Source: a virus
Lineage: Duplodnaviria; Caudoviricetes
IMG/VR virus record: IMGVR_UViG_3300030334_000096
Coordinates: 1 to 37,490 of that record
DNA length: 37,490 bases
Strand: one strand, 5' to 3'
Shown here: one piece after another, positions 26,201 to 33,499 of the stretch
Layout: every line of letters begins with the position of its first letter
How positions within the stretch are numbered: position 1 is the first letter of the stretch
Notes under the pieces: model-generated
What the model was told of the DNA's origin: nothing
The model's input: the letters and a program-made list of their open reading frames with translations, nothing else
The model's database searches: none
Made by a program: the position numbers and the translations under genes

Positions 26201-28492
26201 GATGGAGCAGAGATTCGACGCTTTCTAGGGTGGATCGCTGGTAATCGTGCCGACAAGCTGCGCGCAGAAGGCAGGGAAAACCTATTTGACGATAGTGATA
26301 TCGATGCCATGAAAGACTGGGATCGCGGCAATCTTGAGGATGGGCGAGCCCGCAAAGAGGTTTATGGTCAAGTTTTTAAGGAATTCCAAGTCTATCGCGA
26401 CGATGTGCTTGCCGCTGGCGAAGCGCTGGGCGTCATTAGCTCAGAGCAGCGCGAAGCGTGGCGCGACGAGTTTTATGTACCTTTCTACAGACTGAGCGAA
26501 GAAAAAGGCTTTGAGGCCGGGCAGTTGGCGACAAGCGGCCTATCCCGCCAACAGGCAGTGAAAAAGCTCAAGGGCGGAACTGGCAACCTGAATGATCTGC
26601 TCGAAAATACGATGTTGAACTTTCACCACATCATCGACGCAGGTCTTAAAAATAATGCTGCCCGGCAGGCTATCGACAATGCTCAACAGCTTGGCGCCGC
26701 TCGCAAGGTGCCCGAAAGCGCTAAGGGCATTGAGCACCGCACTTTTATCATGCGGGACGGCAATAAAGAGTTTTATGAGATTGATGACCCGCTGGTCTAC
26801 AACGCCCTTGCAGCACTATCCCACAACGGCATGAACAGCTCGCTAATGAAGATGCTGCGCGGCTTCAAGCGCGTGTTTACCAACACTGTCACAGTGACTC
26901 CCCAATACATCATCGCCAACTTAATACGCGATACGGCGCAAGCGCCGGCCACCAGTGATATCAGCAAGAACGTGCTTGGCAATATATTGGTGGGCAACAA
27001 GACATTGCGCGACCGCAAGATGAAAGCGCGCATGCTGGCGTCAGGGGCCAACTTCAGTTTTGGTCACTTATACGGTAGCGGCGCTGCGGACGAACTGCGT
27101 GCTGGCATGACACGCAATCTAAGGGATGCGGGCGCTACAGGTGCTGCCGGTAGCAGTATTCCCCTCGGCATTGGGAATGCCGCCTCCATCATGCGAATGG
27201 GCTGGGCGAAATGGAACGACTTTAACAATCACGCGGAAAACATAAACCGAGCAGCCATCTATTCGAAAAACGCCACCGAAGGCAATGAGCTGCGCGCTGC
27301 TTTTGAGGCACGCGACCTAATGGATTTCTCGTCGCATGGTGCATGGGGAGCAACCCGCGTGCTTATCGATATTATCCCCTTCTTAAACGCCAGGATTCAG
27401 GGTTTAGATAAAATCTATCGCTCCGGCGTGAAACCGGGTGGCAGCGTGATCATTGACGCTTTGCGCGGAAAAACCCCTGACGCCTCAGACAAACAGATTG
27501 CAGGGCGCTTTTGGGCCGTTACAGGCGCTGTATCACTGGCTATGCTTGCCCTCTATTTAGAAAACTACGACGAAGAGTGGTTTAAAGAATTAGAAGAATG
27601 GGAAAAAGATACCTACACCCATTTCAATGTTGGGCAGCACGTCATCCGCATTCCTAACCCTTTTGAGGTTGGCGCGATCGGCACGATGATGGTGCGTACC
27701 GCTGAGCAGTTCGTCAATGACGAAGCGACAGGCGAACTGTTTGCCCAACGCATGTGGCATATGCTGACTCAGACATTTGCCGTTGGCATGCCCCAAGCCA
27801 TGCAGCCAGCGCTAGACGTGTATGCCAACAAAGACAGCTTCACCAACCGGCCTATTGAAAACATGGGCATGCAGAACCTATCTCCCGAGCTGCGTAAGCG
27901 CTATAACACCACGGCGGTGGCTACCGGTATCAGCAATCTACTTAACAGCACCGTAGGCGCTATCGGCAATCCAGAAACCAATCCTTTGGCGCTTTCTCCC
28001 GTGCAGGTGGATCACTTGATTGGTGGATATCTTGGGCAAGTGGGTTCGCTAGGTGCAGGTATGGCAGACACCATTTGGCGAACAGCTAACGGACACGAAG
28101 CGCCTGACCGCAAGTGGTACGAATTCAACCCGGTTCGTCGTTTTTACAGCAACCTTGGTGACACCGATGCGTATACTCGCTACGGAAGTATCTTCTATGA
28201 AGGGCTTACCGAAACGCGCAGAGCTTACTCGGACGTTAACGAGCTTCGCGAATTAGGCCACTGGGAAGAAGCAAGAGAGCGATTTGAAGAAAACCGCAAC
28301 ACGCTTGCTTTGCGCACAGGGCTTAACCGCGCACAGCGTCAGCTATCGACGTTTAATAAACAAATCGACATGATCCGGCGCTCTGATGTTGGCGGCGAGC
28401 TTAAACGACAACGCATTGATAGGATACAAGAGAAAAAACGCATTCTGCAGCGCACATGGGGAGAGCGCATCTTGCAAGCTAGAACTACTTAG
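20300..28492 (+). CDS. giant polyvalent ejection protein (ddrB-like ParB, LPD5, LPD1 metallopeptidase-like, second zincin-like motif, LPD38-like C-terminus)
   Basis: 2730 aa; 'YPQELQPRDR...GAPIIG.DGVVESGNGR' (~22170-22340), 'IEDFGEKIAGARKD' (~23620), 'FGFRGVQFGNYV...GSLAHEWFHALD' (~24490-24775), 'VHEAVGH' (~25420), C-terminal 'IPFLNARIQG...RIP.PFEVG...NKDSFT.RPI'. Confidence 0.85.
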   Translation: MALLDEIRQKNPSLSNRSDEELKAVIRQSPEFKYFNDDEFDAFVSGDDAQASQQEGSPGFMAGVSAGVDQLQAMGGGLVMAAGEALESPGMLEAGRDIYSRNMEQAAENDLGYGFTDIRSVGDAWNWARYTAGNQLPMLAASIAGGGVGGVTAGLTARTLAGATAKEGAKRAGQALGAIGASTGMETGALMGETEDLDVSLAHGVLAGSLDAVTPLRLLRSAGKSDIADQAASEISDRVLADLQREAARTARGAAGRGSLTNLMAEASTEGLQGLINQHANYWVENNGETLLANLGDVDLKALVDEAAAGGLMGGVVGAPAGVLERNQARTQVDRVTQAREQTAAQGGDALDQATAGLGAEQQAQGEQQAAEQSPEVRAQRQQQASEVGLRIQRGLQDADDLQALARGASFEGSTRLRNMDSIIKRAEAALEAGEIERAGRIMERAENIANDLRSALRTAGTRERPMEGELADPEQPQPVVGLLGGGMGRLPPGTGDSIRGESPQQFEARQRTQQEQADTLNRRSLGRDDVIYGQGPIAGNANTGMDQPFGRAQFTDTGARESVEGRRPQQQESAERVAQLARTRGRGQTTYLPDNTPIRTRFRVVEASELTASNSPDGRVNQRYPQELQPRDRTNANSQVQVRNIAARLNPERLGSSNDAGTGAPIIGSDGVVESGNGRTMAITTAYGQNSPQAERYREFVRSEAQRQGIDPSAVDKMQQPVLVRERVTNVDRADFARRANESTVAGMTAYEQAQADADSLTADDLQAWAPDESGDPLAATNRGFQRGFVQRLGNNEASRYTTRDGQATPELGQRMQRAVFAAAYQDPDMVEMVTEQAENMRNLAAGLQTAAADLAVARETGSRDALDAIGTINDAVRLVRRSRQDGISVRELTRQTDAFSDPVPETTALLAIAINNNMRSRQAMTTAFGYIGRAVRSRAEGEANGALFGDDTTNQDIFDAGFQGQNQDQRTQQRSPERDVQPGADGREPGTEGQGQAEPTQRPQAEQPAQEVDDEPLLSTYTEQELAEREQAQQQAEEAEASQQRDRAQRAQADQETDDFNLTGSNRSADVAAAQGQQDLTDSPPETNQVENTEATDSAPQAERIEDFGEKIAGARKDQVNQVLSGLNSEVTDATTLSEAFPAPNYTKLIEEGVDPRAAAFVAVMRAQIPAKPRKAYRLQQWMKGLTMAQDVARRVLDGSLSIDDMMGRVRSREYKQLEGALRTAELIAPLKPSLFAKAAKWSVNARAGYSMFNGEKVSPNTTFYRLKDERGRDTGVWATDFDEMRDKAANVISRAIEGDNAKPKSKLTPVSVYRDRSTGERFIAFKAGSRVIRLQGGFDSPSAAADYVAENRDAIQQQIDAMRAGPRMRRDTNAPREGAELREGDVTPDDFQEAFGFRGVQFGNYVEGKRRQADLNRAYDALMDLSSMLGVPPKAMSLDGTLGLAFGARGKGGRNAFAAHYEPGQVVINLTKTEGAGSLAHEWFHALDNFIPHGQGTDAMQTELTTDGPARAELAERWREMRQALKDSGFEKRSREFDAPRSKAYFGTPVEMAARAFERYTRDKLEAQGIRNDYLVNISSDPEGPYPNDQEIKSIGPAFDRLMGTLEHRETARGVQLYSLNPGSEELRPAPRAQDIRDALASAPELADVTVIQSASELPPQSLLVMALQGVNPGDVRGLFVGDQLYVIADNVDDVQEGVRTAVHEAVGHQGMRAVLGEDLDRVMLNLYRNLPNSKEGRDALREVRRDYPFLDPENRKDRITIAEEMVAHLLEKGHRPKAWQRAVAKIRELLRRLFPSVAWTYTDALALGERSREYLRKRQAESRGDTDQLYAIRAKRRVAFEQAFEDFADKDRRAASKIGEPTISRSAMQWWREKTDRWQLKIRQGLVDKVAALQEHDERLYGKDIKENITQRAWVLARTSGAANGVTEVLLKDSRIEWNAKEQVFQPKDDDSMGLGAVLGQLGDGAEIRRFLGWIAGNRADKLRAEGRENLFDDSDIDAMKDWDRGNLEDGRARKEVYGQVFKEFQVYRDDVLAAGEALGVISSEQREAWRDEFYVPFYRLSEEKGFEAGQLATSGLSRQQAVKKLKGGTGNLNDLLENTMLNFHHIIDAGLKNNAARQAIDNAQQLGAARKVPESAKGIEHRTFIMRDGNKEFYEIDDPLVYNALAALSHNGMNSSLMKMLRGFKRVFTNTVTVTPQYIIANLIRDTAQAPATSDISKNVLGNILVGNKTLRDRKMKARMLASGANFSFGHLYGSGAADELRAGMTRNLRDAGATGAAGSSIPLGIGNAASIMRMGWAKWNDFNNHAENINRAAIYSKNATEGNELRAAFEARDLMDFSSHGAWGATRVLIDIIPFLNARIQGLDKIYRSGVKPGGSVIIDALRGKTPDASDKQIAGRFWAVTGAVSLAMLALYLENYDEEWFKELEEWEKDTYTHFNVGQHVIRIPNPFEVGAIGTMMVRTAEQFVNDEATGELFAQRMWHMLTQTFAVGMPQAMQPALDVYANKDSFTNRPIENMGMQNLSPELRKRYNTTAVATGISNLLNSTVGAIGNPETNPLALSPVQVDHLIGGYLGQVGSLGAGMADTIWRTANGHEAPDRKWYEFNPVRRFYSNLGDTDAYTRYGSIFYEGLTETRRAYSDVNELRELGHWEEARERFEENRNTLALRTGLNRAQRQLSTFNKQIDMIRRSDVGGELKRQRIDRIQEKKRILQRTWGERILQARTT

Positions 28493-28706
28493 CGCCCATG
28501 CCAATCAATAGGATAACCAGGAACAGCAAGACCGGCACATTAACCAGGATGGCAATGATAACAATGAAGGCAGGGATGCCTGCATAACTCACAATCAGCC
28601 AGCCTTTGGCGTTTTGCCAATGGGCTGGCACTACTGTCATCACCATAAGGCCGAATAAGGGCAGGGCAATCAGCACGGGGCCGATATCGTCGAGAGTCAG
28701 GCTCAT
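28485..28706 (-). CDS. small membrane protein convergent with the giant gene
   Basis: 73 aa, almost entirely hydrophobic; overlaps the end of the giant ORF by 8 bp. Confidence 0.65.
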   Translation of the reverse strand: MSLTLDDIGPVLIALPLFGLMVMTVVPAHWQNAKGWLIVSYAGIPAFIVIIAILVNVPVLLFLVILLIGMGAK

Positions 28707-28727
28707 GAGTCCGGCCTTATAAAAAGT

Positions 28728-29294
28728 TCATTGATGGTAGTGGGCAAGTTCAGCGCCGTGATCAAGCTCAAAGCCATGACTGGCACGAAACGCAATGACT
28801 GCAGATTCAGCCTCATTTATGTCATTAAAGACGCCGAGGTGATGAGTCTTGCCAGAGACAGTGCATCGAGCGCGCCACTTCCCCAGCCTCCCGTGCCAAT
28901 CAACTCCTGTCACTCCGCTTTTGTTGGTAAATCTTTTCGATCTATTCAGGCAGTTTTTAGCGTTATTTGATGCACGTATATTCTGCCAACGGTTATCAGT
29001 TCCATCTCTATTTTCATGGTCTATCTGAGCTGGCAATGGCTCATCGCTCATCCACATCCAGGCAAGCGCATGCTCTAGGCGTGTTTTTCTAAACAAGGCG
29101 ATATGACGCCTCTTAAACCCCGTCCTGGGGCTTGTCCAAACACAGCCGGCGCGCTTATTTGCGTGCTTGGCATTCCATGCCATACATGAATGCTCGCTTT
29201 TGAACCAGCGCCTATCGCGCGCACGCCACGTGAATATTCCGGTTTCCGGATCGTAGTGCAAAAGCTCGCGGACAATTTCGGAGGTTATATCCAT
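28728..29294 (-). CDS. HNH homing endonuclease with AP2 domain
   Basis: Start at ATG 29294 ('MDITSEIVRELLHYDPETGIFTW'); 'IDHENRDGTDNRWQNIR' HNH; 'NKSGVTGVDW....KWRA......HHLGVF' AP2. Confidence 0.88.
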   Translation of the reverse strand: MDITSEIVRELLHYDPETGIFTWRARDRRWFKSEHSCMAWNAKHANKRAGCVWTSPRTGFKRRHIALFRKTRLEHALAWMWMSDEPLPAQIDHENRDGTDNRWQNIRASNNAKNCLNRSKRFTNKSGVTGVDWHGRLGKWRARCTVSGKTHHLGVFNDINEAESAVIAFRASHGFELDHGAELAHYHQ

Positions 29295-29362
29295 TGCGCG
29301 CCACCTTGGAGAGGAACGCTTATAGCGTAGTGCTTGGCAAGGTGAAGTGCGAGGGCCTGGTT

Positions 29363-29965
29363 TTATTGCGGCGGATCTATACCAAGTCGCTCCCAAAACT
29401 CTGCATTTGTTTCGGGCTTTGCTCTTAACACATTTCCGTGCTGATCAATTAATCTAGACACTGTATCACTTCTTCTATTGCTTAATATCTGGGCGGCAAG
29501 CTCGTTAATACTGTTTTCCACAGCTATTGCAAAATGAGGGTTGAGGGATCGGCCAAATGCAATATTCTGCTTTCGAAAATAGCTAATCTCACCTATGAGC
29601 TGGGTCTCTCCTAGGTAGCGTCTGGCAATGTCGCTAATACCCACCTCAATAAACCCAATGCAGTTTCCAGATGACCTGTCTCCAAACGCCTCTATGTAGA
29701 TCGCTGCTGATTGCGGATAACTAGTCGCCAAGGGCTCCAAGTAAACACTTATGCCACTTTGCTCTAGCGTTAACCTTGATTTTTGTAGGATTGCATCAGC
29801 ATTTGTCCAGCATCCATCAGTAACGCCATCATTAATGGTAATAGATGCGCTGTGCACTAGGCCTAAAGATTCCTCGCTAAAAATATAATTCAAATCATCT
29901 TGAGAAATTGCATGAGAGGCAAAGGAAATACCTGCTATAGCAGCTAAGGAAGAGAGCAGTTTCAT
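29363..29965 (-). CDS. secreted hypothetical protein (moron)
   Basis: Signal peptide 'MKLLSSLAAIAGISFASHA'; lower GC. Confidence 0.65.
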   Translation of the reverse strand: MKLLSSLAAIAGISFASHAISQDDLNYIFSEESLGLVHSASITINDGVTDGCWTNADAILQKSRLTLEQSGISVYLEPLATSYPQSAAIYIEAFGDRSSGNCIGFIEVGISDIARRYLGETQLIGEISYFRKQNIAFGRSLNPHFAIAVENSINELAAQILSNRRSDTVSRLIDQHGNVLRAKPETNAEFWERLGIDPPQ

Positions 29966-30017
29966 ATTTTCACCGGCTGAGTTGTCAGTTTTAAATTAAT
30001 CCGTTAATAATGACATG

Positions 30018-30299
30018 CTATAGCTTAATACGTACTTGATTAAGCAATCTTTCTGCCTCCTCTCTATGTCGTTTTGTCTCCTCCTGCATCTCCCGCACCT
30101 CGCGCAGCGACTGCTGCAAACTATCTACTAGCGAGCTAGCTGTGTTCTGGTCGAGACGAGTATCAAAGCTTTCTTGCAGACGCGCCACTATCTCCGCGTT
30201 CATGGACCGGTGATTTTCTTCTGAGGCGCTCTTTAGCTTATCCCTAAGCTCAGGCGGCATTCGTAATTTGTACTGTGTGTGCGTGTCGTGTGTGCTCAT
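30018..30299 (-). CDS. Arc/Mnt-family ribbon-helix-helix repressor (Mnt-like)
   Basis: 'QYKLRMPPELRDKLKSASEENHRSMNAEIVARLQESF' plus a C-terminal coiled coil (possible tetramerisation). Confidence 0.88.
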   Translation of the reverse strand: MSTHDTHTQYKLRMPPELRDKLKSASEENHRSMNAEIVARLQESFDTRLDQNTASSLVDSLQQSLREVREMQEETKRHREEAERLLNQVRIKL

Positions 30300-30311
30300 T
30301 TTTCAGATAAT

Positions 30312-30374
30312 GCACCTAATGGGTTCTTGACACAATGGAACCCAAAGGGTACGTTTATAGAACCCAATGGGTGC
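30312..30374. promoter_or_regulatory. three 15-bp palindromic operators overlapping a rightward promoter
   Basis: GCACCTAATGGGTTC (30312-26), GAACCCAAAGGGTAC (30338-52), GAACCCAATGGGTGC (30360-74); TTGACA (30327-32), 17 bp spacer, TACGTT (30350-55). Confidence 0.75.
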
Positions 30375-30392
30375 AAAGGAGATTGAGCACAG

Positions 30393-30551
30393 ATGAAACA
30401 ACGCGACCCCCAATTAAAAATCCGCCTAAAGCCTGAAACCAAAAGCTGGATAGAAGAAAAGGCGGAGCAGGAGGACAGGAGCCAGACATGGCTAATCAAT
30501 CACTATTTACAGGAGGCAATGCGTCGTGAAGCCAAAAACCCAGCAGCTTAA
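30393..30551 (+). CDS. Arc-like repressor (52 aa, absent from the ORF track)
   Basis: MKQRDPQLKIRLKPETKSWIEEKAEQEDRSQTWLINHYLQEAMRREAKNPAA; AAGGAG SD; divergent from the Mnt-like gene. Confidence 0.85.
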   Translation: MKQRDPQLKIRLKPETKSWIEEKAEQEDRSQTWLINHYLQEAMRREAKNPAA

Positions 30552-30622
30552 AAACGAAGAAGCCCCCGGCGCTGCAACGCCAAGGGCTTCGGATTACCAC
30601 CAACCAACTACGAAAGGTGACG
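30552..30622 (-). ncRNA. putative sar-like antisense RNA to the antirepressor RBS
   Basis: GAAGCCC...GGGCTTC hairpin (30559-30590) with a minus-strand U tract; minus-strand extended -10 (TG-C-TAGTAT) overlapping the ant start codons, as in P22 immI. Confidence 0.5.
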
Positions 30623-30624
30623 CT

Positions 30625-31371
30625 ATGAATACTAGCACACATCTCATCACAATCGAATCCGCCGAGATTGACGGGCAGCTCATTGAAACCGTCAATGCTC
30701 GTGAACTGCATTCATTCTTAGATGTGGGCGTGCGTTTTAATGACTGGATTTTTCGCCGCATCAATGAATACGGGTTCGTTGACGGCCAGGACTTTTACTC
30801 AGAATTGAGTAAAACCCCAAACGGCGGGCGTCCCAGCAAGGAGTACGCTATTTCTCTCGATATGGCCAAGGAGCTATCCATGGTCGAGCGAAACGAGAAG
30901 GGCAAGCAAGCGCGTCAGTATTTCATCGAGTGCGAGCGCAAAGCTAAGCAAGCACCGAGCGACCCTATGCAGGCTCTATCAGACCCCGCCACGATGCGCG
31001 GCTTATTACTGAGCTATAGCGAGAAGGTGCTTGAGCTTGAATCCCAGGTAACAGAGCAAGCCCCGAAGGTAGATGCCTATCAACGTCTATCCGATGCAGA
31101 AGGCTCGCTGTGCATCACTGATGCAGCCAAATACCTTCAGGTGAAGCGCAAAGACCTGATTAACTACCTGTACTCCAATGGGTGGATTTATCGCCGCGTA
31201 GGCAATAAAAATTGGCTTGGCTACGACACGAAGCGCAAGCAGCAACTGGTCACGCACAAAGCGACCACCTACACGCTGGATGATGGCACCGAAAAGCTTA
31301 GTGAGCAGGTACGCATCACCCCAAAGGGGTTGGCCAAACTAGCGCTGACCTTTCGGGAGGACGCCGCATGA
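30625..31371 (+). CDS. ant: phage antirepressor (AntA/AntB N-terminal domain plus KilAC/ANT C-terminal domain)
   Basis: 'VNARELHSFL....FNDWI..RI.EYGF..G.DF...LDMAKELSMVERNEKGKQARQYFIECE' and 'PKVDAY..L..AEGSLCITDAAK...VRITPKG'; ATG 30625 with AAGGTG SD. Confidence 0.9.
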   Translation: MNTSTHLITIESAEIDGQLIETVNARELHSFLDVGVRFNDWIFRRINEYGFVDGQDFYSELSKTPNGGRPSKEYAISLDMAKELSMVERNEKGKQARQYFIECERKAKQAPSDPMQALSDPATMRGLLLSYSEKVLELESQVTEQAPKVDAYQRLSDAEGSLCITDAAKYLQVKRKDLINYLYSNGWIYRRVGNKNWLGYDTKRKQQLVTHKATTYTLDDGTEKLSEQVRITPKGLAKLALTFREDAA

Positions 31372-31808
31372 ACCGTTTATTTTATGCTAGCAGCATGGTT
31401 AGTAACGCGGCCAGCTTGCTTACTGCTCTTTCAGCCGATGTTGAAGATATGCACTACGGGGCCCTAATGGGCACCATCCAGCAGTTAGAGTTACTTCAGG
31501 AGGCTATCAATCTGAAAGCCACGGCGCTTACTGGCAGTGAGGCTCTTCAAATAGATGTAGTGTCTATGCTGGGAGAAGGCGGACTATCTGAAGACGTGGA
31601 GGCTCTGCTCGATGATTATGTTTCAGTTCGCCTCAGTAGTATTGAAGCGGCAGTGCTTAGCGTACAGTCGCGATATTTGGAATCAGACGACAAGCCGCTC
31701 GCCATGATCGGCCGCTCGATGTTTGAAGCGCGGCGCTGGATCAGCGCCGCGACGCATGCGGTAAATGCCGAGCTTGAGGCAAAGCTTTCCGTTCGCCTAG
31801 TAGCTTAA
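31368..31808 (+). CDS. hypothetical protein
   Basis: GGGAGG SD and ATGA overlap with ant. Confidence 0.65.
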   Translation: MNRLFYASSMVSNAASLLTALSADVEDMHYGALMGTIQQLELLQEAINLKATALTGSEALQIDVVSMLGEGGLSEDVEALLDDYVSVRLSSIEAAVLSVQSRYLESDDKPLAMIGRSMFEARRWISAATHAVNAELEAKLSVRLVA

Positions 31809-31823
31809 AATAACATCCAGCTC

Positions 31824-31848
31824 AAAAGCCGCCTACGGGCGGCTTTTT
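31824..31848. terminator. bidirectional intrinsic terminator
   Basis: AAAAGCCGCC-TACG-GGCGGCTTTTT between convergent genes. Confidence 0.8.
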
Positions 31849-31850
31849 GA

Positions 31851-32753
31851 CTATCGGCAAATAGATTCACAGGGTACGCCATCGCTATCACCATCGAGGC
31901 GACCGTTCCCACATTGATTCAGGTGGAACATTGCCTCTTCACATGACGACATAGCGCCGCAATTCTTTCGAGTCGAACAGCTAAAGTCAGCGCTACTTGA
32001 GCGCTGAGGTATAGCGGGCGCAGGCCTAACTGGCTCAGGCTCTGCAGCCTGCTGAATAGCGACCTCGCCCACATAGGGATTAGCATTGCCCTGAACAGCA
32101 GCGATTCGGCGGTTTCGTTCTAGCTCCCAATCATCGACCGGGTCTTGGTTAGCCCAGGCCGTAAATAGCTGCTGTTGCTGTCGGCTAATCTCAATGCCGT
32201 AGGTGTCCCGCATGTACCAGTAGGTGCGCGCTATGTCGCCACGCCTATGGGGTGGTGGCTGAAAGGTGCGCTCTTCAAATGAGACAGCGACATCACAAGC
32301 ACCATATTCGTGAACAGGTGTATTGACCATTCCGAAACGCATGTTGGACCGGTCGCCGTTGACCTCACCAATCGCCGGTACCAAATTATGCAAGTCTGCC
32401 TCTGCACGCCTGAATACCTCATCTGTTTGGCGGCAGTTGTCCCGGCCATCATCTATCCAGCATTGGCGTTGCCGGCCAAAATCGTAGGCTGGCATCACAT
32501 GCTCCCACTCGATGCGGCTTGCCCGTTGTGGCTGCTTTCTAATCTCGTAACCGCAGGCGTCCAGATTGGGGCCAGCCCCAAAGTCGAACTGGCAACCGCA
32601 GTAAAAAGACGTGTCCTGATCGTGGTAAATCTGCTCTTCAGCGATGCGCTTTGCCGCATTGAAAGAAGAAGGCACATCGGCGACTGATTGGCCAGGCAGC
32701 AGTAGGGCAACTAGAAGGGCACTAAAGTAGGAAAGCTGTTTCATTTGGGTCAT
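31851..32753 (-). CDS. secreted endonuclease I (EndA/Dns family) with C-terminal Excalibur Ca-binding domain
   Basis: Signal peptide; 'FYCGC', 'RIEWEHVMPA', 'DLHNLVPAIGEVNGDRSN', 'RGDIARTYWYM'; C-terminal 'C..MSSCEEA...L..C....LDGD.DGVPCE'. Confidence 0.92.
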   Translation of the reverse strand: MTQMKQLSYFSALLVALLLPGQSVADVPSSFNAAKRIAEEQIYHDQDTSFYCGCQFDFGAGPNLDACGYEIRKQPQRASRIEWEHVMPAYDFGRQRQCWIDDGRDNCRQTDEVFRRAEADLHNLVPAIGEVNGDRSNMRFGMVNTPVHEYGACDVAVSFEERTFQPPPHRRGDIARTYWYMRDTYGIEISRQQQQLFTAWANQDPVDDWELERNRRIAAVQGNANPYVGEVAIQQAAEPEPVRPAPAIPQRSSSADFSCSTRKNCGAMSSCEEAMFHLNQCGNGRLDGDSDGVPCESICR

Positions 32754-32910
32754 CCCTGCAAGTGAGAGGGAAGACTAATAAAATTTCGCAATTGATGCGA
32801 CCTGCTGATAAAAATTAAGTAGGCTTTTGACTAAAGTCAGCTTTGCTTGAGTAGGGACAGTGCTAATCTCTTTTGGCTGGCGATGGGCCAGCGTAAATGA
32901 GGAAGCGATA

Positions 32911-33078
32911 ATGAAAAAGGTACTGGTAGCTCTAATGCTGGCTGGCATGTTGCTAGGTGCAGGAAACGTAACGGCTGCCACCGCTATTAGCAGCGGTGAC
33001 GTAGTGGAGCATGGTGGCCGTACTGATGGCAGTGGTTGCCACCGGGATACGAAAGCAGGCACGCGTCACTGCCACTAA
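32911..33078 (+). CDS. small secreted YHYH-type protein
   Basis: Signal peptide followed by 'HGGRTDGSGCHRDTKAGTRHCH'. Confidence 0.7.
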   Translation: MKKVLVALMLAGMLLGAGNVTAATAISSGDVVEHGGRTDGSGCHRDTKAGTRHCH

Positions 33079-33291
33079 GCTCGACAATGCAACGCCATTA
33101 ACGCCGCTTCCAGCATGTCGCACGCGTTGTATTTTGGTTAGCAGGGCAGGCTCAAGGTGGTAAGATAGGGGAACTGAAGAGGCATAGATTTAGGCGGGAA
33201 CAGAGCTAAAACACACGAGTATAACCGCTTACCGTTATACTGCTGTATTCTAAGCTGCTGTTTTATAGAGGGAAATTGAGGCTGGTTTTCT

Positions 33292-33353
33292 GGTCTTGAA
33301 AACCGGCATAGGTTAATAGCCTATCCAGGGTTCGAATCCCTGTCCCTCCGCCA
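33292..33353 (+). tRNA. 3' fragment of tRNA-Ser(UGA), prophage att site
   Basis: GGT-CTTGAAA-ACCGG anticodon arm (TGA at 33297-99), long variable arm, CAGGG-TTCGAAT-CCCTG T arm, TCCCTCC-G-CCA; no proper D arm upstream. Confidence 0.88.
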
Positions 33354-33365
33354 AGTATTACGAAT

Positions 33366-33391
33366 AAGCCGCTGATTTCAGCGGCTTTTTT
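33366..33391 (+). terminator. tRNA terminator
   Basis: AAGCCGCTG-ATTT-CAGCGGCTT followed by TTTT. Confidence 0.8.
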
Positions 33392-33499
33392 GCGTCTGTA
33401 GTTTAGCTAGCCCATACTCCAGCCCATACTTTGGATTTGGCTTTCACTGAATAGAAACAAATCTCACTGGACGCCCTCTCTTCGTAAGTCGTTTTTTGA

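Larger units (their letters stand above)
1..33353 (+). mobile_element. temperate podovirus-type prophage (right part), integrated at tRNA-Ser
   Basis: Continuous lysis, packaging, head, tail, ejection and immI modules ending at the tRNA fragment; left end lies outside the window. Confidence 0.9.

Noticed and set aside
30526-30624. N-terminal extension of ant from GTG 30526
   Set aside because: It overlaps the arc gene and the sar-like hairpin; ATG 30625 has a proper SD and matches the domain start.
33268-33353. Complete functional tRNA-Ser using GAGGGA (33268-33273) as the 5' acceptor strand
   Set aside because: The pairing is partial, the distance is too short, there is no recognisable D arm and the anticodon stem 5' side is altered, so it is treated as an att fragment.
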